Shown here: positions 25,685 through 38,611 of the stretch, one piece after another
How the letters are laid out: each line of letters starts with the position of its first letter
How positions within the stretch are numbered: the stretch's first letter is position 1
From: the human T2T-CHM13v2.0 reference genome, Homo sapiens
Strand: one strand, 5' to 3'
Length of the DNA: 64,000 bases
Assembly (NCBI RefSeq): GCF_009914755.1
Contig: NC_060947.1
Made by a program: the position numbers and the translations under genes
Notes under the pieces: model-generated
Told to the model about the DNA's origin: nothing
What the model saw: the letters and a program-made list of their open reading frames with translations, nothing else
Databases searched by the model: none

Positions 25685-27998
25685 ATTTTTTTTTGTGCTA
25701 ACATGGTCTATTCTTCAGAATGATCCATGTGCTGAGGAAAATAATGTGTGTTCTGTAGCTCTTGAATGAAGTGTTCTGTAAATATCTGTTAGATTTATTT
25801 GGTCTATAGTGCAAATTAAGTCTGGTGTTTCTTTATTGATTTTCTGTCTGAAAGATCTATCCAATGCTGAAAGTGGGGAGTTGAAGTCTCTAGCTATTAT
25901 TGTTTTGAGGCCTATCTCTCTTTTCAGCTCTAATAATATTTCCTTTATATGTCTGGATGCTCCTGTGTTTGGTGCATATATATTTAAAATTTTTATATCC
26001 TCTTGCTGAATTGACACCCTTATCATTATATAATGGTGTTTTGTCTTTTCTTGTAGTTTTTATCTTGAAATCTATTTTTTCTGATATAAGTATACTGACT
26101 CCTGATCCTTTTGAATTTCCATTGGCATGTAATATTTTTTTCCATCCCTTTCTTTTTAGTCTTTATAGGTGAAGTGTGTTTATTGTAGGCAACAGACTAA
26201 TGGGTCATTGTTTTTCTATCTGTTCAGCCCGTTAATGTCTTTTGATTGAAGATTTTAGTCCATTTACATTCAATGTTATTACTGATAAGTATAGACTTAT
26301 TCTTGACATTTTGTTATTTGCCTTCTAGTTGTTTATTATCTCCTCTTCCTTCTTTCTTGTCTGTCTTCCTCTAGTGAAGGTTATTTTCTGTGTTGATAAA
26401 CTTTGGTTCTTGCATTTTATTTTTTGTGTAAGCATTGTGTATTTTTTGCTTTGAGGTTACCATGAGGTTTGCAAATATTATCTAATCCAATATTTAACCT
26501 GATAACAACTTAACACTGTTTGCAAAATCAAACAAACAAGCAAATAGCAAACTAATAGAAACTCAACACCATAATTTCTTCCCCCCCCTGCCAGTTTTTA
26601 ACATTTTATTCCTCCATTTTTATTTTATTGTACTGGTTGTGTCTTGAAAAGATGTTGTAGATATTTTTCATGGGTTCATCGTTTAGTCTTTCTACATAGG
26701 ATAAAAGTAGTTTACACACCACAGTTTTAATGTTATAACATACTGTGGTTTTTCTGTTTACTTACTATTACCAGTGAGTTTTGTAACTTCAAGTGATTGT
26801 TTATTGCTCATTAATGACCTTTTCTTTCTAATTGAATTACTTTATTAAGCGTTTCTTGTGAGATAGGCCTGGCACTGATGAAATCTCTCAGCTTTCATAT
26901 GTCTGGGAAAGTCTCTTAAGTTAGCAGATGATGAATGCTGTCAGGACTGGGTACTTTTCTTCAAGACAGGGGGTTTATTTCTGTCCCAGGGTGCGTCTAG
27001 AAATGTCAGCTGGGGGCTAGAGCCTAGAACAGGAGCCTCACAACTCTGACCAGTGTCCTATCCTTCTGTGGCTGAGCTGTTATCCAAGATTCAAGACAAA
27101 GGGCTTCCCACTTTTCCCTCTCCTTTCCTCAAGCAGAATGAAGGGGTCTCTTTTGGAGCCTCAAGCTGTGCAGCCTGAGGTTAGTGGAGGAGTGATGCCA
27201 GTGCTCCCTTAGCAATCCAAGCTGTCATCTCAGTATGTCGCATGCCCCCTCAGTCCACTATCTCTTTGCTTAGTTCAGCACTAGGACTTGCCTAAGAATT
27301 GCAGTCTTTATGGCCTAGACTGCTTTTCAAGTTGACTTGGAGACACATAATACTGTAGCCCTTAGTGGAAAGGTTTGCAGGCATTGATGTTTGGACTGCT
27401 GGGGTCGGCAATTATTCTTTGGCTTGGGACAATTTAAATGCTCTTTCTGTGTCTGCACACAGCATTAGCTGAGTTGGGTCCAGGTTTCCTTTCCACTCTA
27501 ACAGAAAATTACCGAGTTCAGTGCCCCTTAATTGTTGTATTATTCATCCTTCAGCACCCAAAGACTCTCTCTGCACCATGTTGCCTCTGCTCAGGTGTGG
27601 GAGGGGGGGCATCAGTGACTAATGACTCTTTTTCTATGTCTTCATTGCCTCTTTCAGTGATATGTAGTTAAAACCAGGTACTATGAGTGCTAACCTAATT
27701 TTTGGTTCATATGAAGGTGTTTTCTCTCTGTAGATAATTGTTAACTTGGTATCCTTGTTGGGGGCATGATTGGTAAAGCTTTCTATTCTACCATCTTGCT
27801 CTGCTTCTGATTATTTCTATTACTTCATTTGCCTATGAATTTTGTTTGTGGTGCTCTGCAATCAAAATGTTAAATTTTGTAATCAAATATATTTATCTGT
27901 AATTTTATAGCCTTTGAGACTCTAGTCTTGGTTAAAAAGTTATACATTTGTCCTTTTATTTTCTTGAAAGATTTTATGAATTCATTACATATGAAAGT

Positions 27999-28361
27999 TA
28001 TATTAGTCTGTTCTCATGCTGGTAATAAAGACATACCCGAGACTGGGTAATTTTTAAAGAAAGGAGGTTTAATGGACTCACAGTTCCACATGGCTGGGGA
28101 GGCCTCCCAGTCATGGTGGAAGGCAAAAGAGAAGCAAAGGTACATCTTACTTGGTGGCAGGCAAGAGAGCTTGTGCAGGGGAACTCCCATTTATAAAACC
28201 ATCACATCTCATGAGACTTACTCACTACCACAAGAACAGTATGTGGGAAACGGGAAACCACCCCCATGATTCAATTATCTCTACCTGGCCCTTCCCTTGA
28301 CATGTGGGGATTATTACAATTCAAGGAGAGATTTGGATGGGGACACAGCCAAACCATATCA
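27999..28361 (-). mobile_element. THE1 (C/D-like) MaLR solo LTR
   Basis: tattagtctgttctcatgctggtaataaagacatacccgagactggg...ggggacacagccaaaccatatca; near-TSD aaagt/taagt. Confidence 0.93.
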
Positions 28362-30369
28362 TAAGTATTTAATGCACTGGAATTTATTTGGGCATATGCC
28401 ATAAGATGAGGATACATTTCCAACATTTTCTGTATGGATTGACAATTATAAAAGCAATGATAATTAAACAATTAATTCTTTTCTGAAAGAATTTAACTAC
28501 TTACCCCTTTCATGTGGTAAAATCTCATATACATTGATGTACATCTATGAGCTACTAGTATGTTCTAATGATCCGTTTTTCTATTTATTTACCAAATCCT
28601 ATTTTTTTTCTATTATAGGGCCTCTATATCATGTTCTTGTATCCATTAAAGCAATTACTTTCACTCTTTTAAAAATTTTTCCTGGGCTATTGTAGAGCAT
28701 ATATAATCCATGTGGGAATAAGGTACTTTTATAAGTTTTCCAAATTAAATTTGTTAGGATTTTTATTGTAATTGCATTTAATTTGTATATTAATTTCATA
28801 AATGACCATATAATGGTTTTTAATGTTCTCCAAGGAAACATTGTCATAAAATGCATTTTTGCAGTTCAATATCTGTGTACCTACCTACCTACCTGTCTAG
28901 ATTTTAAACTGGACAAATCCTTTAAAAATGTTGTCAAAAAGCAATACTTTTTCTTTATGTAATTTATTTTCAATTTTAAAAATGTAAAACTATATGTGCA
29001 TATTAAAATATTTTTAAATGAATGAAAAATATGCATATCAATGAAACAAATTGCTGACCTCTGCAGGGGGAAAAAGGGAAGTAGGGTATTAACGACTAGG
29101 TTTAGTTAAATTTATATCTTAGTTTGAAAATGTTTGAATTATATAGCAAAATGTTAAAATTTGATCAATATAGATGATAGGTATACAGGTTATTATATTG
29201 TCCATAATTTTCTGTAGGTCTGAAATACCTTATAATTTACACATTACTTTTAAAATATTTTTTCTTTACCTTTCAGTATCAGGAATCTCACCAGTGTATT
29301 GCTGTTTGTTGTTTTTCTTTTACTCATCTTGGTTCTTGCTGTGTCTTTTTGATATAAAAACCAAAGCTTTTCTTCAGCTTGGGAATATGTTTTTTAATGG
29401 ATTCTCCTTCATCAGTTCTTTCTTCTCTTTTTTGTTACTCCTATTGTTATATTTAGACCATCTGTCTCTGTCTCTATTTTCTATTTACCTTATCTTTTCA
29501 CTCATTTTTCCGTTTTTAAATTTTGTTATTCTTTTGCTCTCTATTGTAAAATATTTCTTCCAGTTGATCCAGTTGATCTTCTAATGCAGTTCAGTCACCC
29601 TGCTTCTAACTGAACTTTGTATTTGTAAAATAATTCATGGAAAAATATTTATATTTGTATGATATCTTTTATATTTTTCACTTAGAATTTGACTTAGTTT
29701 GTTTCATCTTTTGATTTTCTCCTCTTTTCCTCATTAAATATGTTTCAATTCTGTACTGAATGTTTGGTTAGTTCAGTTTGATTCTACTTCCCAAAGCTGT
29801 TGATTTCCCTTATAGTTAAAACAATTTTTACTGCCTGCTCATATGTGGGCATAAACAGTTCCAACTGCCTGTTAGTCAACTTAAATGAGTTCCTTTAGTA
29901 TCTCTGCATGCCAAGCTGCGAGAGCCTCTTTGGGCATTGGTGGATCACTAGCCAAAAACTGATGAGGAAGGGAAGACCATCTCCAATTGTAATATAGAAT
30001 ATTAGTTCAACTCAACTAGGAGATCATTTCAAGACCAGTTCATGTCAGCATTCCTTCTTCTATGGCTGGAAGCAGATAGTGGTCAGGAGTAATTCTCACT
30101 CAGCATTTTTGTGTGATAAAGAGATACATGCTGGCAATATGCTAATCCCCATCTAACAGTTTCAGGGTAGTGGACTCCTTCCAGATTCTCCCAGAGAGGT
30201 AGGCATCCTTACCTTCCCAAAAAACATATTTTTCATTTTTGTTCCACTTCTCAACTAAAATAAGTAATGAAATAAAATTGCCCCTCAATGAAACATATCT
30301 ATTTAATATGAACAAGAAGTTCCGGAAGTATATCAAATTTTGTTGAGCTGCTTTAGTAAAGAGTTTACA

Positions 30370-30529
30370 AAAAGATGAATATGCAGATTTATTGTCTACC
30401 CTTTATTGAGATAAGTAGTTAATGGTATGAGCTAAAAAACACAATTCAAACGGTGATTTATGAGAATCTGGACGCAAACAGCGCTCTTCCAGGAATCAGG
30501 TCAAAAAATGTATCAGAGCTGATATCCAC
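30370..30529 (-). other. Candidate terminal exon (minus strand)
   Basis: Acceptor gtttcctgtAG; two AATAAA signals (plus TTTATT 30402-30407 and 30388-30393). Confidence 0.2.
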
Positions 30530-30721
30530 CTACAGGAAACCCATCATAGAACACAGCAACATTTGGGCACCTTGTGGACTTTTTTCTTTGAGAGTTTCTT
30601 GAATGGACCACACTTATAATATATTTATTATATATTAAAGTGAAGATAGATATACCCATGGAAGGTAGTGGCATTAGTGAGGTTTCTCTATGGCTTTTCT
30701 AGTAGTGGATGTGAACAAGTA

Positions 30722-31140
30722 TCCTTTTAGTCCATTTCGTGTTGCTATAAAGGTAATATCTGAAGCTGGGTAATTTATAAAGAAAAGAGGTTTATTTGGC
30801 TCACAGTTCTGCAGGATGTACAAGAAACATGGTGTCAGCATGTACTTCCAGTGCAGGCCTCAGGAAGCTTTTAATCATAATGCAAGGTGAAGGGGAACCA
30901 GTATATCACATCACAAGAGACGGAGCAAGAGAGAAGGGAGGTGCCATGCTCTTTTTAACAACCAGCCTTCACATAAACTAATAGGTTGACAACTCACTCA
31001 TTACCAAAGGGATGACACCAAGCCGTTCATGAGGAATAAGCCCTAATGACCCAAATACCTCCCGCTTGGCCTCACTTCCAACATTGGAGATTACATTGTA
31101 ACATAAAATTTCGAGGGGGCAAGCATCTAAACTATATTAA
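30722..31140 (-). mobile_element. MSTB-like MaLR LTR
   Basis: ttagtccatttcgtgttgctataaag...gtttatttggctcacagttctgcagg...ccaacattggagattaca. Confidence 0.85.
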
Positions 31141-31369
31141 GTAGGAAACAGAATAAGACAGCACAATACAGGTGGATGTTTTGTTGTGACTAAAGATACC
31201 AGCCAGCCACACTCGGTTGTTACTGTGTGTGATCTATCATTATTTGGGAACTTTAAGAAATAATTGAGGTTCTCTTTGGTTGAAAGGACTGAGGTCCTTG
31301 TTCATGTATGGGTAGAATATTAAGCCAATATTTATTTGAGTAGCATGGTAATAATAAAAATCAACAATT

Positions 31370-31560
31370 CCAAAGTGTTTTTTATTTGTCAGGAAATGTG
31401 CTAAATGCCTTTTATTTACTTGCATTAATTTATTTAATCCTCTCACTTACTCTGTAAATTGTTATGATTGTTGCTTGCTATTTTACAGGTGAGAAAACTG
31501 AGACTAAAATGGTGAAATGACTAGTCTAATGTCACAAATCTTTGAAGCCTATGTACTCCT
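31370..31560 (-). mobile_element. MIR fragment
   Basis: atttaatcctc...attttacaggtgagaaaactgagact (MIR core). Confidence 0.7.
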
Positions 31561-31974
31561 AATCTCTACATCCTTTATTACATGCAGCAGCACTGGGCAC
31601 TTCACACTGGGCAAATACTGAGGCGCATGACAAAACCAGGCTGTCAACAAATAGGCTGTGAAAAGAGTTTAAAAGACACAGAAATGTCACACACACAAAA
31701 ATGCAGCCCATTAAATAAAGAAAAAGTTATCAGCGAGTTAATCAGAGGCCTTCTGGCTTCCACCAGAAGCCAATCACAGACCATTTATGTGGTCAGGTGA
31801 TGACAGATTTGTGTGACATATTTTAAACATAACTGCAAATGGTTTTGAAGACACACCCATATGGTGATTCACCAAAGGATTTACCAGTTCACTCTTTTAG
31901 CTCAAGATGATAAACTAGACTACTGAATAAACTCAAGTTTCATCAGACAAGCACTTAATATATGCCCCAAAGGG

Positions 31975-34900
31975 AAAAAGAAAGGATCATAAAAGCAGCA
32001 AGAGAAAAGAAACAAATAACCTACAATGGAGCTCCAATACATCTGGTAGCAGACTTCTCAATGGAAACCTTACAGACCAGGAGACAGTGGCATCATATAT
32101 TTAAAGCTGAAGGAAAAATAAATTTTATTTTAGAATAGTATATCCAGTGAAAATATTCTTCAAACATGAAGGAGAAATAAAGACTTTCCCAAACAAAAGC
32201 CGAGTGATTTCATCAACACCAGACCTGTCCTACAGGAAATGCCAAACAGAGTTCTTCAATCTGAAAGAGAACGATGTTAATCCCAGCCATCCCATTACTG
32301 GGTATATACCCAAAGGATTATAAAACATGCTGCTATAAAGACACATGCACACATATGTTTACTGCGGCACTATTCACAATAGCAAAGACTTGGAATCAAC
32401 CCAAATATCCAACAATGATAGACTGGATTAAGAAAATGTGGCACATATACACCATGGAATACTATGCAGCCATAAAAAAGGATGAGTTCATGTCCTTTGT
32501 AGGGACATGGATGAAGCTGGAAACCATCATTCTCAGCAAACTATCCCAAGGGCAAAAAACCAAACACCACATGTTCTCACTCATAGGTGGGAATTGAACA
32601 ATGAGAACACATGGACACAGGAAGGGGAACATCACACACCGGGGTCTGTTGTGGGGTGGGGGGAGGGGAGATGCATAGCATTAGGAGATATACCTAATGT
32701 TAAATGAAGGGTTAATGGGCGCAGCACACCAACATGGCACATGTATACATATGTAACAAACCTGCACGTGTGCACATGTACCCTAAAACTTAAAGTATAA
32801 TAAAAAATAAAATAAAAAAAGAAAAAGAAGACATTATAACTGATACCACAGAACTTCATGGAATCATTAGAGGTACCTATGAACAACTATATGCCAATAA
32901 ATTGTAAAACCTAAGAAAAAATGAATAAATTCCCAGACACGTACAACTTACCAAGAATGAACAATGAAGAAATCCAAAGCCTCAGTAGACCAATAACAAG
33001 TAATGGGATCAAAACTGTAATAAAATGTTTCACAGCAAAGAAAAGCCTGGGACGTGATGGCCTCACTGCTGAATTTTACCAAACATTTAAAGAAGAACTA
33101 ATACCAATCCTATGCAAACTATTCTTAAAAATAGAGGAAGAGAAAATACTTCCAAATTCATTCTACAAGGTTATTATTACCCTGATACTAAAGCCAGAAA
33201 AAGACACATCATAAAAAGTAAAATTTCAGGCCAATATGTTTGATGAACATTGATGCAAAATACTATAAAACTGAATTTAAGAACACATTAAAACAAGATA
33301 ATTCATCATGACCAAATGTGACTTTTCCCAGGGATGTAATGATGGTTGAACATACGCACATTGAACAATACGATACATTACATCAACAGAATGTAGGATA
33401 AAACCCATGTGATTATTTCAATTGATGCTGAAAAAGCATTTGATAAAATTCAACATCCTTTCATGACAAAAAATAAACTCTAAAACTGGGCACAGAAGGA
33501 ATATACTTCAACACAATAATAGCCATATGTGATCCACATACAGCTAATATAATTTTGACAGTGGAACGACTGAAAGCTTTTCCTCTGAGACCTGGAACAA
33601 GGCAAGACTTCCCAGATTCACCACAATTATTAAACATAGTACTGAGAGTCCTAGGTAGAGCAATCAGACAAGAGAAAGAAATAAAGGACATCCAAATTGG
33701 AAAGGAAGAAGTCAAATTATCCTTCTTTGCAAATGATCAGATCTTATATTTGGGAAAATTCAAAGACTAAACACATACACACACACAGAAACCTACTAGA
33801 ACTGATAAACAAAGTCAATAAAGTTGCAGGATACAAAATCAACATATAAAAATCAGTAACATTTCTATATGCCAAAAGTGAACAATCTGAAAAAAAATCA
33901 AGAAATCAATTCCATTTACAATAGCCACAAATAAAATTAAATACCAGAAATAAACTTAAGTGAAGAAGTAAAAGCTCTTTACAATGAAAACTATAAAACA
34001 CTGATGCGAGAAATTGAAAAAGACACAAAAAATGGAAAGATATTTTATTTTCATGGATTAGAAGAATCAATATTGTTAAATTATTCCCACTACCAAAAGC
34101 AATCTACAGAATCAATGCATTCCTTAAAATACCAATGACATTCTTCACAGAAATAGAAAAAGACCCCAAAATTTATATGGAACCACCAAACACCCAGAAT
34201 AGCCAAAGCAATCCTGAACAAACAGAACAAAACTGGAGGAATCACATGACCTGACTTCAAATTATAATACAGAGCTAAAATAACAAATACAGCATAGTAC
34301 TGGCATAAAAACAGACACATAGTCCAATTAAATAGAATAGAGAACCCAGAAATAAATCCATACATCTACAGTGAACTTATTTTTGACAAAGGTGCCAAGA
34401 ACATATACTGGGGAAAGGACAGTCTCTTAAATAAATATTGCTGGGAAAACTGAATATCCATATGCAGAAGTATGAAACTAGGCCCCTATATCTTGCTATA
34501 TACAAAAATTCAATCAAAATTGATTAAAGACTTAAATCCAAGATGTGAGACTATGAAACTTCTGAAAAAAGTTTTAAGGAAACTCTCCAGGACATTGGAG
34601 TGGGCAAAGATTTCTTGAGTAATAAATACCCTAAAAGCACAGGTAACCAAAACAAAAATAGACAAATGGAATCACATCAAGTTGAAAAGCTTCTGCACAA
34701 CAAAGGAAATAATCAGCAAAATAATGAGACAATCCAGAGAATGGGACACAGAGCTATCATATAATCCAGCAATCCCACTGCTGAGTGTATACCCCAAAGA
34801 GAGGAAATCAGTATATCAAAGAGATAACTGAACTCCCATGTTTATTGCAGCACTATTCACAACAGCCAACACTTGGAAGCAAATTAAGTGTCTATTAGTA

Positions 34901-35262
34901 GATGAATGGATAAAGAAAATGTGGTAAATAAACACAGTGAAGTACTATTAAGCCATAAAAAAGAATTAGGGTCTGTCATTTGCAACAACATGGATGGAAC
35001 TGGAGGTCATTATGTTAAACGAAATAAACTGGACAAAGAAAGAAAAATTTGCACATGCTCATTCATTTGTGGGAGCTAAATATTAGAACAATTGAACTCA
35101 TGGAGATAGAGAGTAGAATGATGGTTACCAGAGGCTGGAAGGGTAGTGGTAGGAGCAGTGGGAATTGTTAATGGTTACTGAACTATATTAATAGTTAGAT
35201 AGAATGAATAAAATCTCATATTTGAGAGCAAACAGGATGAGTAAAGTCAACATTTTATTGTA
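31975..35262 (+). mobile_element. L1MA1-3-like element (ORF1 end, part of ORF2, 3'UTR), host of nested L1s
   Basis: aaagcagcaagagaaaagaaacaaataac (ORF1), decayed RT fragments 32921-33770, 3'UTR gagagtagaatgatggttaccagaggctgg. Confidence 0.9.
32281..32826 (+). mobile_element. L1PA (PA4-6-like) 3' end
   Basis: ORF2 C-terminus ...WIKKMWHIYTMEYYAAIKKDEF...FSLIGGN, G-rich 3'UTR, A tail. Confidence 0.95.
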
Positions 35263-36299
35263 TTATTTATTTTTTTATTTCCGTAGGTTTGGGGAGAATA
35301 GGTGGTGTTTGGTTACATGAGTAAGTTCTTTAGTGGTGATTTGTGAGATTTTGATGCACCCATCACCTGAGCAGTATACACTGTATCCAATTTGTAGTTT
35401 ATTATTATTATTATTATACTTTAAGTCCTAAGGTACATGTGCACAACGTGCAGGTTTCTTACATATGTATACATGTGCCATATTGGTGTGCTGTAACCAT
35501 TAACTCCTCATTTAACATTAGGTATATCTCCTAATGCTATCCCTCCCCCCTCCCCCCACCCCACAATAGGCCCCGGTGTGTGATGTTTCCCATCCTGTGT
35601 CCAAGTGTTCTCATTGTTCAATTCCCACCTATGAGTGAGAACATGCAGTGCTTGGTATTCTGTCCTTGCGATAGTTTGCTGAGAATGATGGTTTCCAGCT
35701 TCATCCATGTCCCTACCAAGGACATGAACTCATCCTTTTTTATGGCTGCATAGTATTCCATGGTGCATATGTGCCACATTTTCTTAATCCAGTCTATCAT
35801 TGTTGGATATTTGGGTTGGTTCCAAGTCTTTGCTATTGTGAATAGTGCTGCAATAAACATACGTGTGCATGTGTCTTTATAGCAGCATGATTTATAATCC
35901 TTTGGGTATATACCCAGTAATGGGATGGCTGGGTCAAATGGTATTTCTAGTTCTAGATCCTTGACTGCAAACTAGTTCAACCATTGTAGAAGACAGTGTG
36001 GCGATTCCCCAATTTTTAGTTTTTTATCCCTAACCGCCTTCCCACCTTTTCCTTCAAGTCCCCAAAGCCTATTGAGTTATTCTTATGCCTTTTCATCCTC
36101 ATAGCTTAGCTCCCATTTATGAGTGAGAACATGATATTTCATATTCCATTACTGAGTTACTTCACTTCGAATGATGGTCTCCAATTCCATCTAGGTTGCT
36201 GTGAATGCCATTATTGCATTCCTTTTTATGACTGAAGAGTATTCCGGGTAGTATTCATATATATATATGGAATACTAATGTATGTATATATGTATGTGT

Positions 36300-36344
<45 letters not shown>

Positions 36345-38183
36345 CAATTCCTTTATCCACTCATTGATCAATGGGCATTTGTGCTGGTTCCATATTTTTG
36401 CCATTGTGAATTGTGCTGCTATAAACATGCAGCACAATTCACAACTTATACCAGTATCATGCTATTTTAGTGATTATGGCCTTCTAGTATAGTTTAAAGT
36501 CAGATAATGTGATGCCTCCAGATTTGTTCTTTTTGCTGAGTCTTGCTTTGGCTATGTGGGCTCTTTTTTGGTTCCATATGAATTTTAGGATTGTCTTTTC
36601 TAATTCTGTGAAAAATGATTGTATTTTGATGGGAATTGCATTGAATTTGTAACTTGCTTTTGGCAGTATGATCATTTTCACAATATTGATTCTACCTATC
36701 CTTGAGCATGGAATGTGTTTTAATTTTGTCATCTATGATTTCTTTCAACAGTGTTTTGTAGTTTTCTTTGTAGAAATCTTTTACCTCTTCAGTTAGGTAT
36801 ATTCCTAAGTATTTTATTTATTTATTTATTTTTTTGCAGCTATCATAAAAGGGTTTGAGTCTTGACTTGATTCCCAGCTTGGTCGCTGTTGGTGTATAGC
36901 AGAGCTACTGATTTGTATACATTAATTTGCATCCTTAAACTTTGTTGAATTTATCAGTTCCAGGAGCTTTTTGGAGGAGTCTGTAGGATTTTCTAGGTAC
37001 ACAATCGTATCATCAGCAAACAGCAACGATTTGACTCCTTCTTTACTGATTTGGACGTCCTTTATTTCTTCCTTTTGTCTGATTGCTCTGGCTAGGACTT
37101 CCAGTACTATGTTGAGTAGAAATGGTGAAAGTGGGCATCCTTGTCTTGTTCCAGTTCTCAGAGAGAACGCTTTCAACTTTTCCCCATTCAGTATTATGTT
37201 GGCTGTGGTTTATCACAGATGGCTTTTATTACATTGAGGTATGTCCCTCGTATGCCAATTTTGCTGAAGGTTTTAATCATAAAGGGGTGCTGGATTTTGT
37301 CAAATGCATTTTCTGTGTCTACTGAGATGATCATGTGATTTTTGTTTTTAATTCTTTTATGTGGTCTATTACATATATTGACTTGCATATGTTAAACCCT
37401 CTCTGCATCCCTGGTATAAAACCCACTTGATCACAGTGGATTATCTTTTTGATATGCTACTAGATTCAATTAGCTAGTATTTTCTTAAGGATTTTTGCAT
37501 CTATATTCATCAGGCATATTGGTCTGGAGTTTTCTTTTTTTTTTTTGTTATGTCCTTTCCTGGCTTTAGTATTAGGGTGCTGCTGGCTTCATAGAATGAT
37601 TTAGGGAAGATTCCTTCTTTCTCTATCTTATGGAATAGTGTCAATATGATTGGTACCAATACTTCTTTGAATGTCTGATAGAATTCAGCTGTGAATTCAT
37701 CTTGCCCAGGAATTTTTCTGTCGGAAATTTTGTATTACCATTCTAATCTTGCTGCTTGTTATTGGTCTGTTTAGCGTTTCTGATTCTTCCTGGTTTAAGC
37801 TAGGAGGGTTGTATTTTTTCAGGAATTTATCCATCTGTGCTAGGTTTTCTAATTTATGCACATTAATGTGTTCATAGTAGCCTTGAATAATCTTTTGTAT
37901 TTCTGGGGTGTCGGTTGTAATATCTCCCGTTTCGTTTCTAGTTGAGCTTGTTTGGATCTTCTGTCTTTTCTTCTTGGTTAAGCTTGCTAATGGTCTATCA
38001 ATTTTATTTACTCTTTCAAAGAACCAGCTTTTTGTTTTATTTTTCTTTTTTATTTTTTGTGTTTCAATTTCATTTAGTTCTGTTTTGATCTTGGTTATTT
38101 TTTTTTCTGCTGCTGAGTTTTGGTTTGGTTTGTTCTTGTTTCTCTAGTTCCTTGAGGTGTGACCTTAGATTGTTCATTTGTAC
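35263..38183 (-). mobile_element. L1PB-like 5'-truncated element
   Basis: ggtgtttggttacatgagtaagttctttagtggtgatttgtgagatt 3'UTR; RT fragments; candidate TSD tattgta at 35256-35262 and 38184-38190. Confidence 0.88.
35401..36008 (-). mobile_element. L1PA 3' end with 5' inversion, nested in L1PB
   Basis: Antisense L1PA to ...tagatccttga (35964), then ~44 bp of sense L1 ctgcaaactagttcaaccattgtagaagacagtgtggcgattcc; TSD ccaatttgtagttt/ccaatttttagttt. Confidence 0.93.
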
Positions 38184-38307
38184 TATTGTACATTTAAAAT
38201 TTTAATAGTATCTGTCTTTTTATTATTAGTGAGTCATATTTATGTAGTAGCTTCCTGAGAAAAGTGTTCTTATAAATACAGACACAGCAAATATTATTAG
38301 GTGTTAC

Positions 38308-38531
38308 CAGGAGTTTAAAACTTTCTCTGCAAATGTCTAGATAGAAAATATTTTCAGCTTTGTAGACAACATACATTCTATGAAAACTACTCAACTTTGC
38401 CTTTGTAGCAAAGGAAAAGATAATATATAATTAGATGAACATGACTGTGTTCTAATATAACCTTATTTATAAAATCAGGTAGTAGGCCAGATTGGCCTAT
38501 AAGCCCTAATTTTTTGACTTTGTGACTCCTG
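38308..38531. mobile_element. MER58A hAT element
   Basis: aaatattttcagctttgtag...ctactcaactttgcctttgtagc...catgactgtgttctaata...ggccagattggcc. Confidence 0.75.
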
Positions 38532-38611
38532 GTCTTGATAATTTTCAGGTTGGAATAAAAAAATTAGAAACAAATTTTAAGGTTAAGTGAGTTAATTTTA
38601 ATGTTAATTTG

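Larger units (their letters stand above)
21791..27810 (-). mobile_element. L1MA2-like element, originally full length, with internal deletions
   Basis: 3'UTR ttttgtgggtacgtagtagg at left, decayed ORF2 fragments, 5'UTR to ccatcttgctctgc; candidate TSD ttatttccatt (21780-21790) / ttatttctatt (27811-27821); most of ORF1 missing near 26915. Confidence 0.9.

Noticed and set aside
29174-29584. 136-aa hydrophobic ORF
   Set aside because: T-rich low-complexity, old-L1-like sequence; no recognisable family
22977-37388. ORFs with reverse transcriptase/endonuclease similarity
   Set aside because: Frameshifted, stop-riddled L1 ORF2 remnants; no intact ORF1 or ORF2
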